A DNA stretch of 51,312 bases from an uncultured Methanosarcinales archaeon (GCA_964432865.1 CAYSOY010000001.1:1-51312); one strand, 5' to 3'. Positions 25,139 to 32,846 are shown, numbered from the stretch's first letter. Program-made: numbers and translations. The notes: generated by a model from the sequence alone, not told the origin.

Positions 25139-26929
25139 ATGGATAGAGTTGCTGTTTTAGATTTTGGCGGTCAATATACCCATTTGATTGCCAATAGGAT
25201 AAGACGTTTAGGAGTCTATTCAGAAATCAAAGAGTCTGATAAAAAAGCTGAAGAATTAAAAGATTATAAAGGGATAATTCTTTCAGGAGGACCAGCAAGT
25301 GTGTATGATGAAAACTCTCCTTCTTATGATCCTAAAATATTCGATCTTAAAACCCCTATATTGGGAATATGTTACGGTCATCAGGTCATGGCTAAAGATT
25401 TAGGAGGAGAAGTATCTTCTGGAAAAATTAAAGAGTACGGGCTGGCAGAGATTAGAATCCAAGAGAACAAACTGTTCGATTCATTAAGTGATAAAGAGAT
25501 TGCGTGGATGAGTCATGGTGACGAAGTAACAGAATTGCCTCCTGGATTCCGAACCATTGCAGATACAGAAGGATGTTCTATAGCTGGAATGGCCTCTTAT
25601 GAAAAAAATTATTTCGGTTTACAGTTTCATCCAGAAGTGACCCATACAGAGAATGGCATGGTTATATTAGATAATTTTCTTAAAATATGTGGTGTTGAAA
25701 GAGAGTGGGATATGAAATTATTCTTAAAAGAAATAAAGAAAGATATTGTCAAAAAAATAGGTGATAAAAAAGTATTTCTTTTGGTCAGTGGCGGTGTTGA
25801 TTCATCTGTCTTATTCGCCCTCCTTGAAAAGGTTCTCGGTAAAGAGAGAGTCTATGGTCTGCACATAGATAATGGTCTTATGCGTCTGGACGAGTCTCAA
25901 AAAATTGTTGAAGAGCTTGGAAAAGCAGGTTTTGATAATCTTCACTTGTACGATGCAGAAGAAGATTTTTTGAAGAGACTTCAAGGAGTTGCTGATCCGG
26001 AACAAAAAAGAAAGATTATAGGAGATGCTTTCATGGAGGTTAAGAGTAAGGTATTAAAAAGACTTGATCTAAATCCAGAGGATTGGCTTATTGCTCAAGG
26101 AACAATATACCCTGACACAATAGAGTCCGGTGATACTGAAAAGTCCTCTACTATAAAGACTCATCATAACAGAACAGAAAAAGTACAGAAACTTATTGAT
26201 TCGGGCAAGATTATTGAACCGTTGAAAGAGTTGTATAAAGACGAAGTTAGGTCTCTTGGAGAAGAGCTTGGGCTAAGTGACTCTTTAGTTAAGAGACACC
26301 CTTTTCCTGGTCCTGGGTTAGGAATTAGATGCTTATGCTCCAATACCAACACCCTACCTTCTTTAAAAGATTTAAACTCGGACATAAAGAGTTTTTTAAA
26401 TAAGAAAGGTTATAATGTTAACCCTTTTGTTGGCTCTATTAAAAGCGTTGGTGTACAAGGAGATTCCCGGACGTATAAACACCCTTGCATATTAAAAGGT
26501 CCTGTTGACTGGGAGAAGTTATCCAGCATATCCACACTTCTAACAAACAATTTTTTAGATATTAATAGAGTGCTTCTCTCTTTAACAGAGTCTGATTTAA
26601 AGAAACAAAGAATTAAAGAGTGCTACTTGACTAAAAAACGTCTTGATCTTCTCAGAGAAGCAGATGCTATAGTCACTGATTTTATGAAAAAGCATAATCT
26701 TTATGATAAGATCTGGCAGTTCCCAGTAGTGCTGGCTCCTCTTTTAATAGATGGAAAAGAATCGATTATTCTACGACCGGTAGACTCGATTGACGCCATG
26801 ACTGCTGAATTCTTCAGAATAGATTTCAACCTCCTTGAAGAACTTAAAAAACAACTTATGGAGTTGGATATTGGAGATGTTCTCTTTGATATTACCAACA
26901 AACCTCCTGGAACTATAGAATGGGAGTGA
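25139..26929 (+). CDS. guaA: GMP synthase (glutamine-hydrolysing), fused single chain with eukaryote-like C-terminal architecture
   Basis: GATase: LDFGGQYTHLIANRIR, CYGHQ, HPE. ATP-PPase: SGGVDSSV. Then KTHHNRTEKVQKLIDSGKIIEPLKELYKDEVR, VGVQGDSRTY and a terminal KPPGTIEWE. Confidence 0.9.
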   Translation: MDRVAVLDFGGQYTHLIANRIRRLGVYSEIKESDKKAEELKDYKGIILSGGPASVYDENSPSYDPKIFDLKTPILGICYGHQVMAKDLGGEVSSGKIKEYGLAEIRIQENKLFDSLSDKEIAWMSHGDEVTELPPGFRTIADTEGCSIAGMASYEKNYFGLQFHPEVTHTENGMVILDNFLKICGVEREWDMKLFLKEIKKDIVKKIGDKKVFLLVSGGVDSSVLFALLEKVLGKERVYGLHIDNGLMRLDESQKIVEELGKAGFDNLHLYDAEEDFLKRLQGVADPEQKRKIIGDAFMEVKSKVLKRLDLNPEDWLIAQGTIYPDTIESGDTEKSSTIKTHHNRTEKVQKLIDSGKIIEPLKELYKDEVRSLGEELGLSDSLVKRHPFPGPGLGIRCLCSNTNTLPSLKDLNSDIKSFLNKKGYNVNPFVGSIKSVGVQGDSRTYKHPCILKGPVDWEKLSSISTLLTNNFLDINRVLLSLTESDLKKQRIKECYLTKKRLDLLREADAIVTDFMKKHNLYDKIWQFPVVLAPLLIDGKESIILRPVDSIDAMTAEFFRIDFNLLEELKKQLMELDIGDVLFDITNKPPGTIEWE

Positions 26930-26950
26930 TTGATAGTGCAACATCTGGGC

Positions 26951-28108
26951 TCAACCAAACATCTTCATATAGTCTTCGCCTTCAAGATTCTCTTCCTGCT
27001 TGACTTTATCCACCGCGTGGAAGAAGTCCTCTTGTTTTACAGTGCTCCGGTCGTTTCTTATCGCGAAGTAGCCTGCTTCCGTACAGACAGCCTTTATCTC
27101 CGCACCGGAGAAGCCTTCCAGTTTTTTGAAAACTTTCTTCCTGTCCAGGTCTTTATCAAGAGTCATCGACTCTGTGTGGATGTCGAAGATCTCTCCTATA
27201 CCTTCACCTTCTGGTATGCCAACCTCGATTAATCGGTCAAGACGCCCCGGTCTCAGAACAGCGGGGTCCAGGATGTCCTTACGATTGGTGCAACCAATAA
27301 TCTTCACATCGCCCAACCTCTTGAACCCGTCTATCTCTGCAAGCAACTGCATGAAAGTCCTCTGGACTTCTCGCTCGCCGGAAGTTCCTATGTCAACTCT
27401 CTTGGCAGCCAAACTGTCTAACTCGTCTATGAACACTATCGACGGCGCTTTCTTCTTCGCCATCTCAAAAATCTCTTTTACAAGTTTCGCACCTTCACCT
27501 ATAAACTTCTGCACCAACTCCGAGCCCACGACCTCTATGAAAGTAGAGTTTGTTGAATTGGCAACTGATTTTGCCAGAAGAGTCTTGCCCGTACCGGATG
27601 GTCCGTGGAGAAGCAGTCCTTTAGGAGGAGTTATCCCTACATCTTTAAAGACGTCGGGCTTTGTCAGAGGAAGTTCTATTACTTCTTTAATCTCTTTCTT
27701 CTGATGGTCCAGCCCACCTATATCATCCCACGTGACAGTAGGCTTTTCAACTATTACGAATTTCTCTACGTTGTACTTGTCGGAAGAAGAGACCTTGTCT
27801 ACGATCGTCAAGTTTTTCTGCTCTACGAGAACGAAGTCGCCGGCAGATATTTCACCTACGTCGGAGTTCTCCTCTACCAAGAACTTGTTTCCGTTTGGAA
27901 CCTTGATTACACAGTGCTCTTTTCCTTCGTACTTGCTCTTTTCACAGACCTCTGCGACGAGAAGAGCGGGTTTTTTGAACTTCTTAATCTGAGACTTCAA
28001 CTTTGAAACAGTCTCTTTCAAAACCTTGTTCTCTTCCTCCAGTTCAGAATCTGACTGCGATGTAGTATACGTGTAGACCGTGTTTTCAAGTTCGTCTTCG
28101 GATCCCAT
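26951..28108 (-). CDS. pan: proteasome-activating nucleotidase (PAN, AAA+ ATPase)
   Basis: N-terminal coiled coil, then an OB region. Walker A GPSGTGKTLLAK, Walker B IVFIDELD, second region of homology present. The start was set at ATG 28108 (MGSEDELE), ~22 nt after TTTTAAATA. The track's 51-aa extension is hydrophobic junk. Confidence 0.9.
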   Translation of the reverse strand: MGSEDELENTVYTYTTSQSDSELEEENKVLKETVSKLKSQIKKFKKPALLVAEVCEKSKYEGKEHCVIKVPNGNKFLVEENSDVGEISAGDFVLVEQKNLTIVDKVSSSDKYNVEKFVIVEKPTVTWDDIGGLDHQKKEIKEVIELPLTKPDVFKDVGITPPKGLLLHGPSGTGKTLLAKSVANSTNSTFIEVVGSELVQKFIGEGAKLVKEIFEMAKKKAPSIVFIDELDSLAAKRVDIGTSGEREVQRTFMQLLAEIDGFKRLGDVKIIGCTNRKDILDPAVLRPGRLDRLIEVGIPEGEGIGEIFDIHTESMTLDKDLDRKKVFKKLEGFSGAEIKAVCTEAGYFAIRNDRSTVKQEDFFHAVDKVKQEENLEGEDYMKMFG

Positions 28109-28240
28109 AACCTTTGGAATAAAGAATAGGTATTTAAAAGTTATGGATTGGGCTGGCGGGTCCAACCAGGAAAAGATACAACTTGCCCCCCACCACAAAC
28201 TGCTTAAGAGTTTCGAAAAGAAGGTGTTCTGATAGGAAAG

Positions 28241-28488
28241 TGCGGGGGAAGGGGATTTCAAACCTCACATTATCAACAGTTCTTGGGAACTGTTTTTCTC
28301 GTGGAAGGTTATTTGAACCCTTGAACCCACTAAGGGATTGGATTCCTCATCAGTGGATGTCTCTCTCTTTTCATCGCCTCTCGGCTCGTCATTCAAGACA
28401 TGCAGTCTTGAGTCCAACGCATCTGGTCGAAACAACAAGTTGTTGCAGTTCTTCTGCTGTTCCATTGACCAGACTTTGCTACCCCCGC
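28241..28488 (-). tRNA. tRNA-Leu(CAA), class II, interrupted by three introns (D-loop; 37/38; 59/60)
   Basis: Exons are 28488-28465, 28422-28407, 28343-28312 and 28254-28241. The spliced 86-mer is GCGGGGG UA GCA AAGUCUGGUCAAA UGC G UUGGA CUCAAGA UCCAA UCCCUUAGUGGGUUC AAGGG UUCAAAC CCCUU CCCCCGC A. The acceptor stem has 7/7 pairs. U8, A14, G18G19, U33, G37, G53-C61 and A73 are all present. Introns 2 and 3 have canonical BHB motifs (see findings). Confidence 0.85.
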
Positions 28489-28514
28489 TTGTTTTACCGA
28501 AAGAAAGATGGTTG

Positions 28515-28523
28515 TTTATAAAA
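28515..28523 (-). promoter_or_regulatory. TATA-like box for tRNA-Leu
   Basis: TTTTATAAA on the minus strand, with 26 nt between it and tRNA position 1. Confidence 0.5.
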
Positions 28524-28564
28524 CTGTCGGAAGGTTCGAGAGAATTCGGTTCTGTTTTGAACAA

Positions 28565-28999
28565 CTACAACTTGTCCAACTTCTTGTCTATTTTGGAGAG
28601 TGACTGCTTGAGTTTGGAGAGTTCCGACGCCTCTTTTTTCGAAGGCCTCTTTTTCTTTTTCTTCTTTTTCTTCTTTGTTTTCTTCCTCTTCTTTTTCTCC
28701 GGCATTTCGTCCATCTCAGAGAGTGCTTTTTTCGGAACGCATTTCTCAAGGTCATTTACCAGCATGGTCATGTCTTCGAGAAGGTCCTCCATGGCGCCTG
28801 TTTTCTTCTCTGCTTTCTTCTTCAACTTCTCCAGAGAGGTGTAGAATGTTTTCAAGTTGTATATTGAAAGTTTAGAACTTTTCAAAAGGGATTTCTTTAT
28901 TTCCTTGGGGTTCTCCAGTTTTACAAAATATCCTCCGTGGTCTTTCTTAGACTCGGATTTACTACTCTTCTTTTTACCTTTAGATTTCTTCTTGGCCAT
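28565..28999 (-). CDS. lysine-rich coiled-coil protein (144 aa), third gene of a three-gene operon
   Basis: The N-terminus is MAKKKSKGKKKSSKSESKK and the protein contains an internal KKKRKKTKKKKKKKKKRPSKK run. Its helical module YFVKLENPKEIKKSL... is paralogous to the two upstream genes. The gap to the upstream gene is 3 nt. Confidence 0.6.
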   Translation of the reverse strand: MAKKKSKGKKKSSKSESKKDHGGYFVKLENPKEIKKSLLKSSKLSIYNLKTFYTSLEKLKKKAEKKTGAMEDLLEDMTMLVNDLEKCVPKKALSEMDEMPEKKKRKKTKKKKKKKKKRPSKKEASELSKLKQSLSKIDKKLDKL

Positions 29000-29002
29000 T
29001 TT

Positions 29003-29218
29003 CTATTCCTCAAAGAGTGAATCGTTTATGCTTGAAACTCTTTTTTTCAAAGAGTCCACGTTTCTCCTCCAATCGTCTATTTGCTCGTCCACGTCATCTC
29101 TCAATCTCTCAAGAGAGTTTATGGTCTCCTCTGCGTCGTCTATTTTCTCCTCTACGGAGTTCAGTGTCTCTGTCAGTTTCTTGTACTTCTCTATTTTTAT
29201 AAAAACAGGTGGTGCCAT
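29003..29218 (-). CDS. 71-aa coiled-coil protein, middle gene of the operon
   Basis: MAPPVFIKIEKYKKLTETLNSVEEKIDDAEETINSLERLRDDVDEQIDDWRRNV. The gap to the upstream gene is 9 nt. Confidence 0.6.
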   Translation of the reverse strand: MAPPVFIKIEKYKKLTETLNSVEEKIDDAEETINSLERLRDDVDEQIDDWRRNVDSLKKRVSSINDSLFEE

Positions 29219-29227
29219 GTTTATCCC

Positions 29228-30442
29228 TCACAATATTTTTTCAGCTTCTATCAGTTTCTCCTGGATTTCATCCATCTCTTTATTGAATTTTGAGTACTTC
29301 TTGTTGAGTTTCTTCTTCGTGGAAGTGATATCGCTCATCAGTTCATCTCCTTTCTCTAATATGTCTCTGAGTTCCTCTATCTCCTCTATTACCTCCTTGT
29401 AGTCCTTCTGCTCGACATAGAGTTCCTCGGGCAGTTGGTGCTCTTCAACTTTCTTGAACTCGGGTTGTTCTATCTCCTTTGATTCTTCTATCTTCTCCGC
29501 TATCTCAAAGTCCTCGTCTTCGAAATCAGGGAGTGATTCTTCGGGCTCTTCTATCTTCTCTTCTTCCTTTTTTTTCTTTTTCTTCTTTTTCTCTGCTTCT
29601 TCTTTATCTTTAAAACTTGGCAGTTCGAAATCGCTCTCTTCCTCTAAGTCTTTCTTCTTTTTTCCTGCTGGTTTAAACTTCCTTGCCTTGCTCTTTTCTT
29701 TCTTCCCAGGCAGACCTTTCTTCTTCGGCTTGCCCCTTTTGGGCGAGCTTTTGGTTGGGCCCATCTTGGGTTTCTTTGCGGGTCTTTCCTTTTTCTTTGG
29801 AGAAGGAGGCATTTTAGGACGCTGTTGCCCGGGTTTTCTATTTTTCCCCGCGCCAACATCTTCTCTTTTAGGTTTCGGTCCTGTTTTAGGCTTCGGCCCC
29901 GGTCTTTGTTTTTTAGAAGACTTTTTAGAAGGACCTCTCTTTGGCGGTGGTGTTTTTTTATCAGGTGTTCCACGTCCGGGTTTAGGTGTTTCGGAAGAAC
30001 CAGGTCCTCCTTTCGCAGGAGGGTGTTGATCTGAAAGGCCTAAATTATTAGATTTAGAAGGGTTAGGACTCGGCGGTTCTTTTGGTCCGCCTTTTTTTCT
30101 CTGAAACTTCTTTCCAGAAGGATCTTCCCCTAAGTCTCCGGGCTTCGGTGGGTTCAAAGGAATATCGCTCTTCGGTCTTTGTGGGGACTCGCCTTTTTTA
30201 GTTCCGGGGGGCATCTCACTTTTGCCAGGCCCTGGAGGCTTCTCCTCTTTTACAAGTCCTCCAATACCTTTTTTTCCTTTTTTAGGAGAGTTCTTAGGAG
30301 GTTTATCAGGAATCGGGGAAGAGTCTTTTCCTTCCTGTCCCGACTGTTTCTTCGGTTTTGCTGACTTATCTTTAGAACTATCCTTCTTATCAGAATCTTT
30401 CTTTAAAAAACCTAAAAATCCCATCTCAACCCCTTTTTCCAT
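29228..30442 (-). CDS. 404-aa protein: amphipathic N-terminus, ~280-aa P/K/G-rich disordered basic region, acidic linker, C-terminal coiled-coil module
   Basis: The protein contains MGFLGFLKK, then PKKQSGQEG...GPKPKTGPKPK...KPKKKGLPGKKEKSK, then KKKKKKKKEEEKIEEPEE, then LYVEQKDYKEVIEEIEELRDILEKGDEL. Low complexity explains the long antisense shadow ORF 29454..30029. Confidence 0.6.
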   Translation of the reverse strand: MEKGVEMGFLGFLKKDSDKKDSSKDKSAKPKKQSGQEGKDSSPIPDKPPKNSPKKGKKGIGGLVKEEKPPGPGKSEMPPGTKKGESPQRPKSDIPLNPPKPGDLGEDPSGKKFQRKKGGPKEPPSPNPSKSNNLGLSDQHPPAKGGPGSSETPKPGRGTPDKKTPPPKRGPSKKSSKKQRPGPKPKTGPKPKREDVGAGKNRKPGQQRPKMPPSPKKKERPAKKPKMGPTKSSPKRGKPKKKGLPGKKEKSKARKFKPAGKKKKDLEEESDFELPSFKDKEEAEKKKKKKKKEEEKIEEPEESLPDFEDEDFEIAEKIEESKEIEQPEFKKVEEHQLPEELYVEQKDYKEVIEEIEELRDILEKGDELMSDITSTKKKLNKKYSKFNKEMDEIQEKLIEAEKIL

Positions 30443-30520
30443 TAGAGTAGAAAGTAATCTTATTTAAAACTTTTCCTCTATGCAAGGTAAATCTGAGAAA
30501 AATATTCTAATAACACCAAT

Positions 30521-32014
30521 TCAATCGGTTTTTAAACTGTAGGGGTTTTTCCTCTCTGCTTCGTTCTTCGCATTCTCCAACCGCTCGTCGGACTCGGAGT
30601 GTATTGTGAAAAGAGTTTTTCCTTCCTCCACGCTCTCTCCTTTCTTCTTGTCAAGGTAGAGCCCTGAGTTATGGGATACCGGCGCGCCTGCTATCCGAGC
30701 TATCTTGGTTATCTGTTTGTTGTCCAGACTCTCCACCACACCTTCCTCTGTGCTCTTTATCTCGTAGGTCTGAGCCTCTCTTCTTTCAACACCTGGTTCT
30801 CCCTGAGCAGATAATATCTCTTTCATCTTCTTATATGCCTTGCCTGAAGAGAGTGTTTTTCTGGCTTTGGAGAGACCTCTGCCTTGGTCTACTGCTCCTG
30901 AAAACTCCAGCAACTTACCTGCTTGTTTCAAAGATTTCTCTTTTAGGTCGGCAGGCGCGTCTTCTTCATTTTGTAAAACCTTCATAACGTCGTCCGCTTC
31001 CAACCCAGGACCGATCCCTCTTCCTATGGGCTCAGAGCCTTCACTGAGCACTACTTTTATCTTCATTCCGAGGAGTTTGCCCAGAGTGGAGAAGTGCTCT
31101 TTAAGTTCCTTGGCTCTCTTCTCTGTTTCGACCTTCGCTCCCTTGCCGTAGGGGAGATCTATTAAAACATGAGTGGCTGAAACGGATTTCTTTTTTGCTA
31201 AAATGCTCGCCATCATCAAACCGGATATGTCCATAGAGAGAGGTCTTTCTATCTTTATAATCTTGTCATCCGCCGGGGCGAGATCTATCGCGCCTCCCCA
31301 GGACATGCAGGCATTAGTCTCCTCCACAACTTCTTTCATCTTCTCTATTGAGAGGGAGACTTCTGTGAGAACATCCATCGTGTCTGCCGTACCCGCCGGG
31401 CTGGTAACTGAACGGGAGGAAGTTTTTGGAATGGTAAGACCGTGAGCAGCTATTATGGGGACGATTATAGGTGTTGTTCTGTTCCCAGGGACTCCTCCAA
31501 TGCAGTGCTTGTCAAGAACGGGTTTCCTTCCTATCTCGAAAACGTCTCCGGAGTCCACCATCGCTTCTATCAGGTGGAGTAGTTCTTCAAAGTTCAACCT
31601 GTGTACGGCTACTGCAGAAACGAAGTAGGTCAGTTCTACTCTGTCAAGTCTTCCTTCGACTATGTCTTCTACCACTTGGTGTATCTCTTCTTCTGTGAGT
31701 TTGTTGTTGTTCAGTTTTTTCTTTATGAGTTCTATCGACTTCGGTTTTTTCTCAGGCTCCACCCAGACAGTTTCGTCCTCTTCTGTCTTGAGTTTCTTTG
31801 CTGAACCTTTGAAAAGCCCTACTCTTCCCTCTGCCAGAGTTTCGTCTGAGTGAGTGATGTCTACAACTGCTATTATATGAGTATTGTGTTCTTCTGACTT
31901 TATAAAAACCCTGTCACCTGATTGAAGGTCGTAGTTCAACGCGTCTTTGTAGTTCATCACCGCTACAGGGGTTATGCCGGCGCTGAGAGACATGTTCTTT
32001 ACTCTGAGGTCCAT
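30521..32014 (-). CDS. deoA: AMP phosphorylase (archaeal DeoA-type thymidine phosphorylase family)
   Basis: ~500 aa with the extra N-terminal domain MDLRVKNMSLSAGITPVAVMNYKDALNYDLQSGDRV, then the glycosyltransferase-family-3 core (DKHCIGGVPGNRTTPI, TSSRSVTSPAGTADT). Confidence 0.85.
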   Translation of the reverse strand: MDLRVKNMSLSAGITPVAVMNYKDALNYDLQSGDRVFIKSEEHNTHIIAVVDITHSDETLAEGRVGLFKGSAKKLKTEEDETVWVEPEKKPKSIELIKKKLNNNKLTEEEIHQVVEDIVEGRLDRVELTYFVSAVAVHRLNFEELLHLIEAMVDSGDVFEIGRKPVLDKHCIGGVPGNRTTPIIVPIIAAHGLTIPKTSSRSVTSPAGTADTMDVLTEVSLSIEKMKEVVEETNACMSWGGAIDLAPADDKIIKIERPLSMDISGLMMASILAKKKSVSATHVLIDLPYGKGAKVETEKRAKELKEHFSTLGKLLGMKIKVVLSEGSEPIGRGIGPGLEADDVMKVLQNEEDAPADLKEKSLKQAGKLLEFSGAVDQGRGLSKARKTLSSGKAYKKMKEILSAQGEPGVERREAQTYEIKSTEEGVVESLDNKQITKIARIAGAPVSHNSGLYLDKKKGESVEEGKTLFTIHSESDERLENAKNEAERKNPYSLKTD

Positions 32015-32297
32015 ACTCTTAGTTCAGAAAAACGCTTTTTTATTAAGTTTGTGATGTTTGTGATTCTCGGTAGAGTAAATTATTATATAGGTCAAGCACT
32101 AACCAGTCTATTTATTCAACTTGCAAGGTCTAACACCGTCTGGCTGGGAAAAAGGTTTGGGATAATTCCGTACTCGAATAAAGCCAGAGATTAAGAAAAA
32201 ACTTGTACAGGCCAAGTCAGAGTAAAAACTTAGACCTTGCTTAGCAGTCATTTCGGCACGGAAAAACTTAAAAAACTCTGGTGCCTAACAAAGGGTT

Positions 32298-32813
32298 ATG
32301 TTTGTAAGAGTGAAAAAAGTAAAGAAGTACAGGTACGGCTACTTGGTTGAAAACAAGTGGGTTGATGGAGAGTCAAAGCAGGAAGTAAAGGAGTATCTGG
32401 GAAGAGTTCTCACGGCTGAAAAAGAAGAAGATGGAGAAAGTATAGGGTTTAAGAATGGGTTGTTCAAAAAAACGTGGGAAGAGGTTATACAGGCAGTCGT
32501 GACAAGCAATCTAAAAAAGTACGGTTTTAAAGAGGAAAAAAAAGGGATGTCAAAAGAATTTGAAGAAGAGAACATGGAAGCAATCATAGATTTTGAAAAC
32601 AGGTGTGTAAAGAGCGGGAAGGAGAAGCCTGTCTGTCTGGAACTGGGTGAAGGCTGCCTTTATACAGAGAACCTGCAGAGAATGTTCGATTTTGAACTTC
32701 CTGAAGAAGAGGAGAGACCAGGGATTTCTCTGGCAAAACTGTTGACAAGAGCAGGTCTTCAAGTGGATAAAAAATCTTTTGTAAAGATGTATAAGAAATT
32801 GAGAAAAGAATAA
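32298..32813 (+). CDS. hypothetical protein (171 aa)
   Basis: Clean ORF with a K/E-rich sequence. The N-terminus is MFVRVKKVKKYRYGYLVENKWVDGESKQEVKEYLGRV. No confident family. Confidence 0.5.
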   Translation: MFVRVKKVKKYRYGYLVENKWVDGESKQEVKEYLGRVLTAEKEEDGESIGFKNGLFKKTWEEVIQAVVTSNLKKYGFKEEKKGMSKEFEEENMEAIIDFENRCVKSGKEKPVCLELGEGCLYTENLQRMFDFELPEEEERPGISLAKLLTRAGLQVDKKSFVKMYKKLRKE

Positions 32814-32846
32814 ATGTTAAAAAAAATTAATAGAGGAAGTTTATTA

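Noticed and set aside
28195-28240. 5S-rRNA-like string on the minus strand (UUUUCGAAACUCUUAAGCAG, reminiscent of UUCGAACCCGGAAGUUAAGC)
   Set aside because: There is no helix I pairing of the ends, helix III would be missing ~9 nt, and the flanks do not fit loop E or helices IV-V. It most likely belongs to the tRNA 3' trailer and PAN promoter region. Infernal RF00001 would settle it.
28109-28261. 51-aa N-terminal extension of the PAN ORF in the track (MKSPSPALSYQNTFFSKLL...)
   Set aside because: The extension is hydrophobic and aromatic, with no counterpart in PAN proteins. A TATA-like box lies 22 nt upstream of the internal ATG 28108, and the extension would overlap the tRNA 3' end (28241-28261).
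28344-28406. C/D-box sRNA embedded in tRNA intron 2 (AUGACGA ... GAUGAAA ... CUGA), by analogy with the haloarchaeal tRNA-Trp intron
   Set aside because: The C box has a mismatch, no D' box is present, and the C'-to-D spacer is ~16 nt instead of ~12. The CUGAUGA string is already used by the BHB central helix.
28183-28844. Track ORFs 28183..28521 (+), 28265..28564 (-) and 28338..28844 (+)
   Set aside because: They are mutually overlapping and cover the three-intron tRNA-Leu gene. The third also runs antisense through the lysine-rich gene and is a low-complexity shadow.
28265-28999. Possible TAG read-through or recoding: ORF 28265..28564 continues in frame right after the TAG stop of 28565..28999
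   Set aside because: TAG is used as an ordinary stop by nrdJ (7640) and the ABC ATPase (12164). The downstream frame starts only with TTG, has an unprotein-like composition, and is explained by the tRNA gene. The same-frame continuation is a 1-in-3 coincidence.
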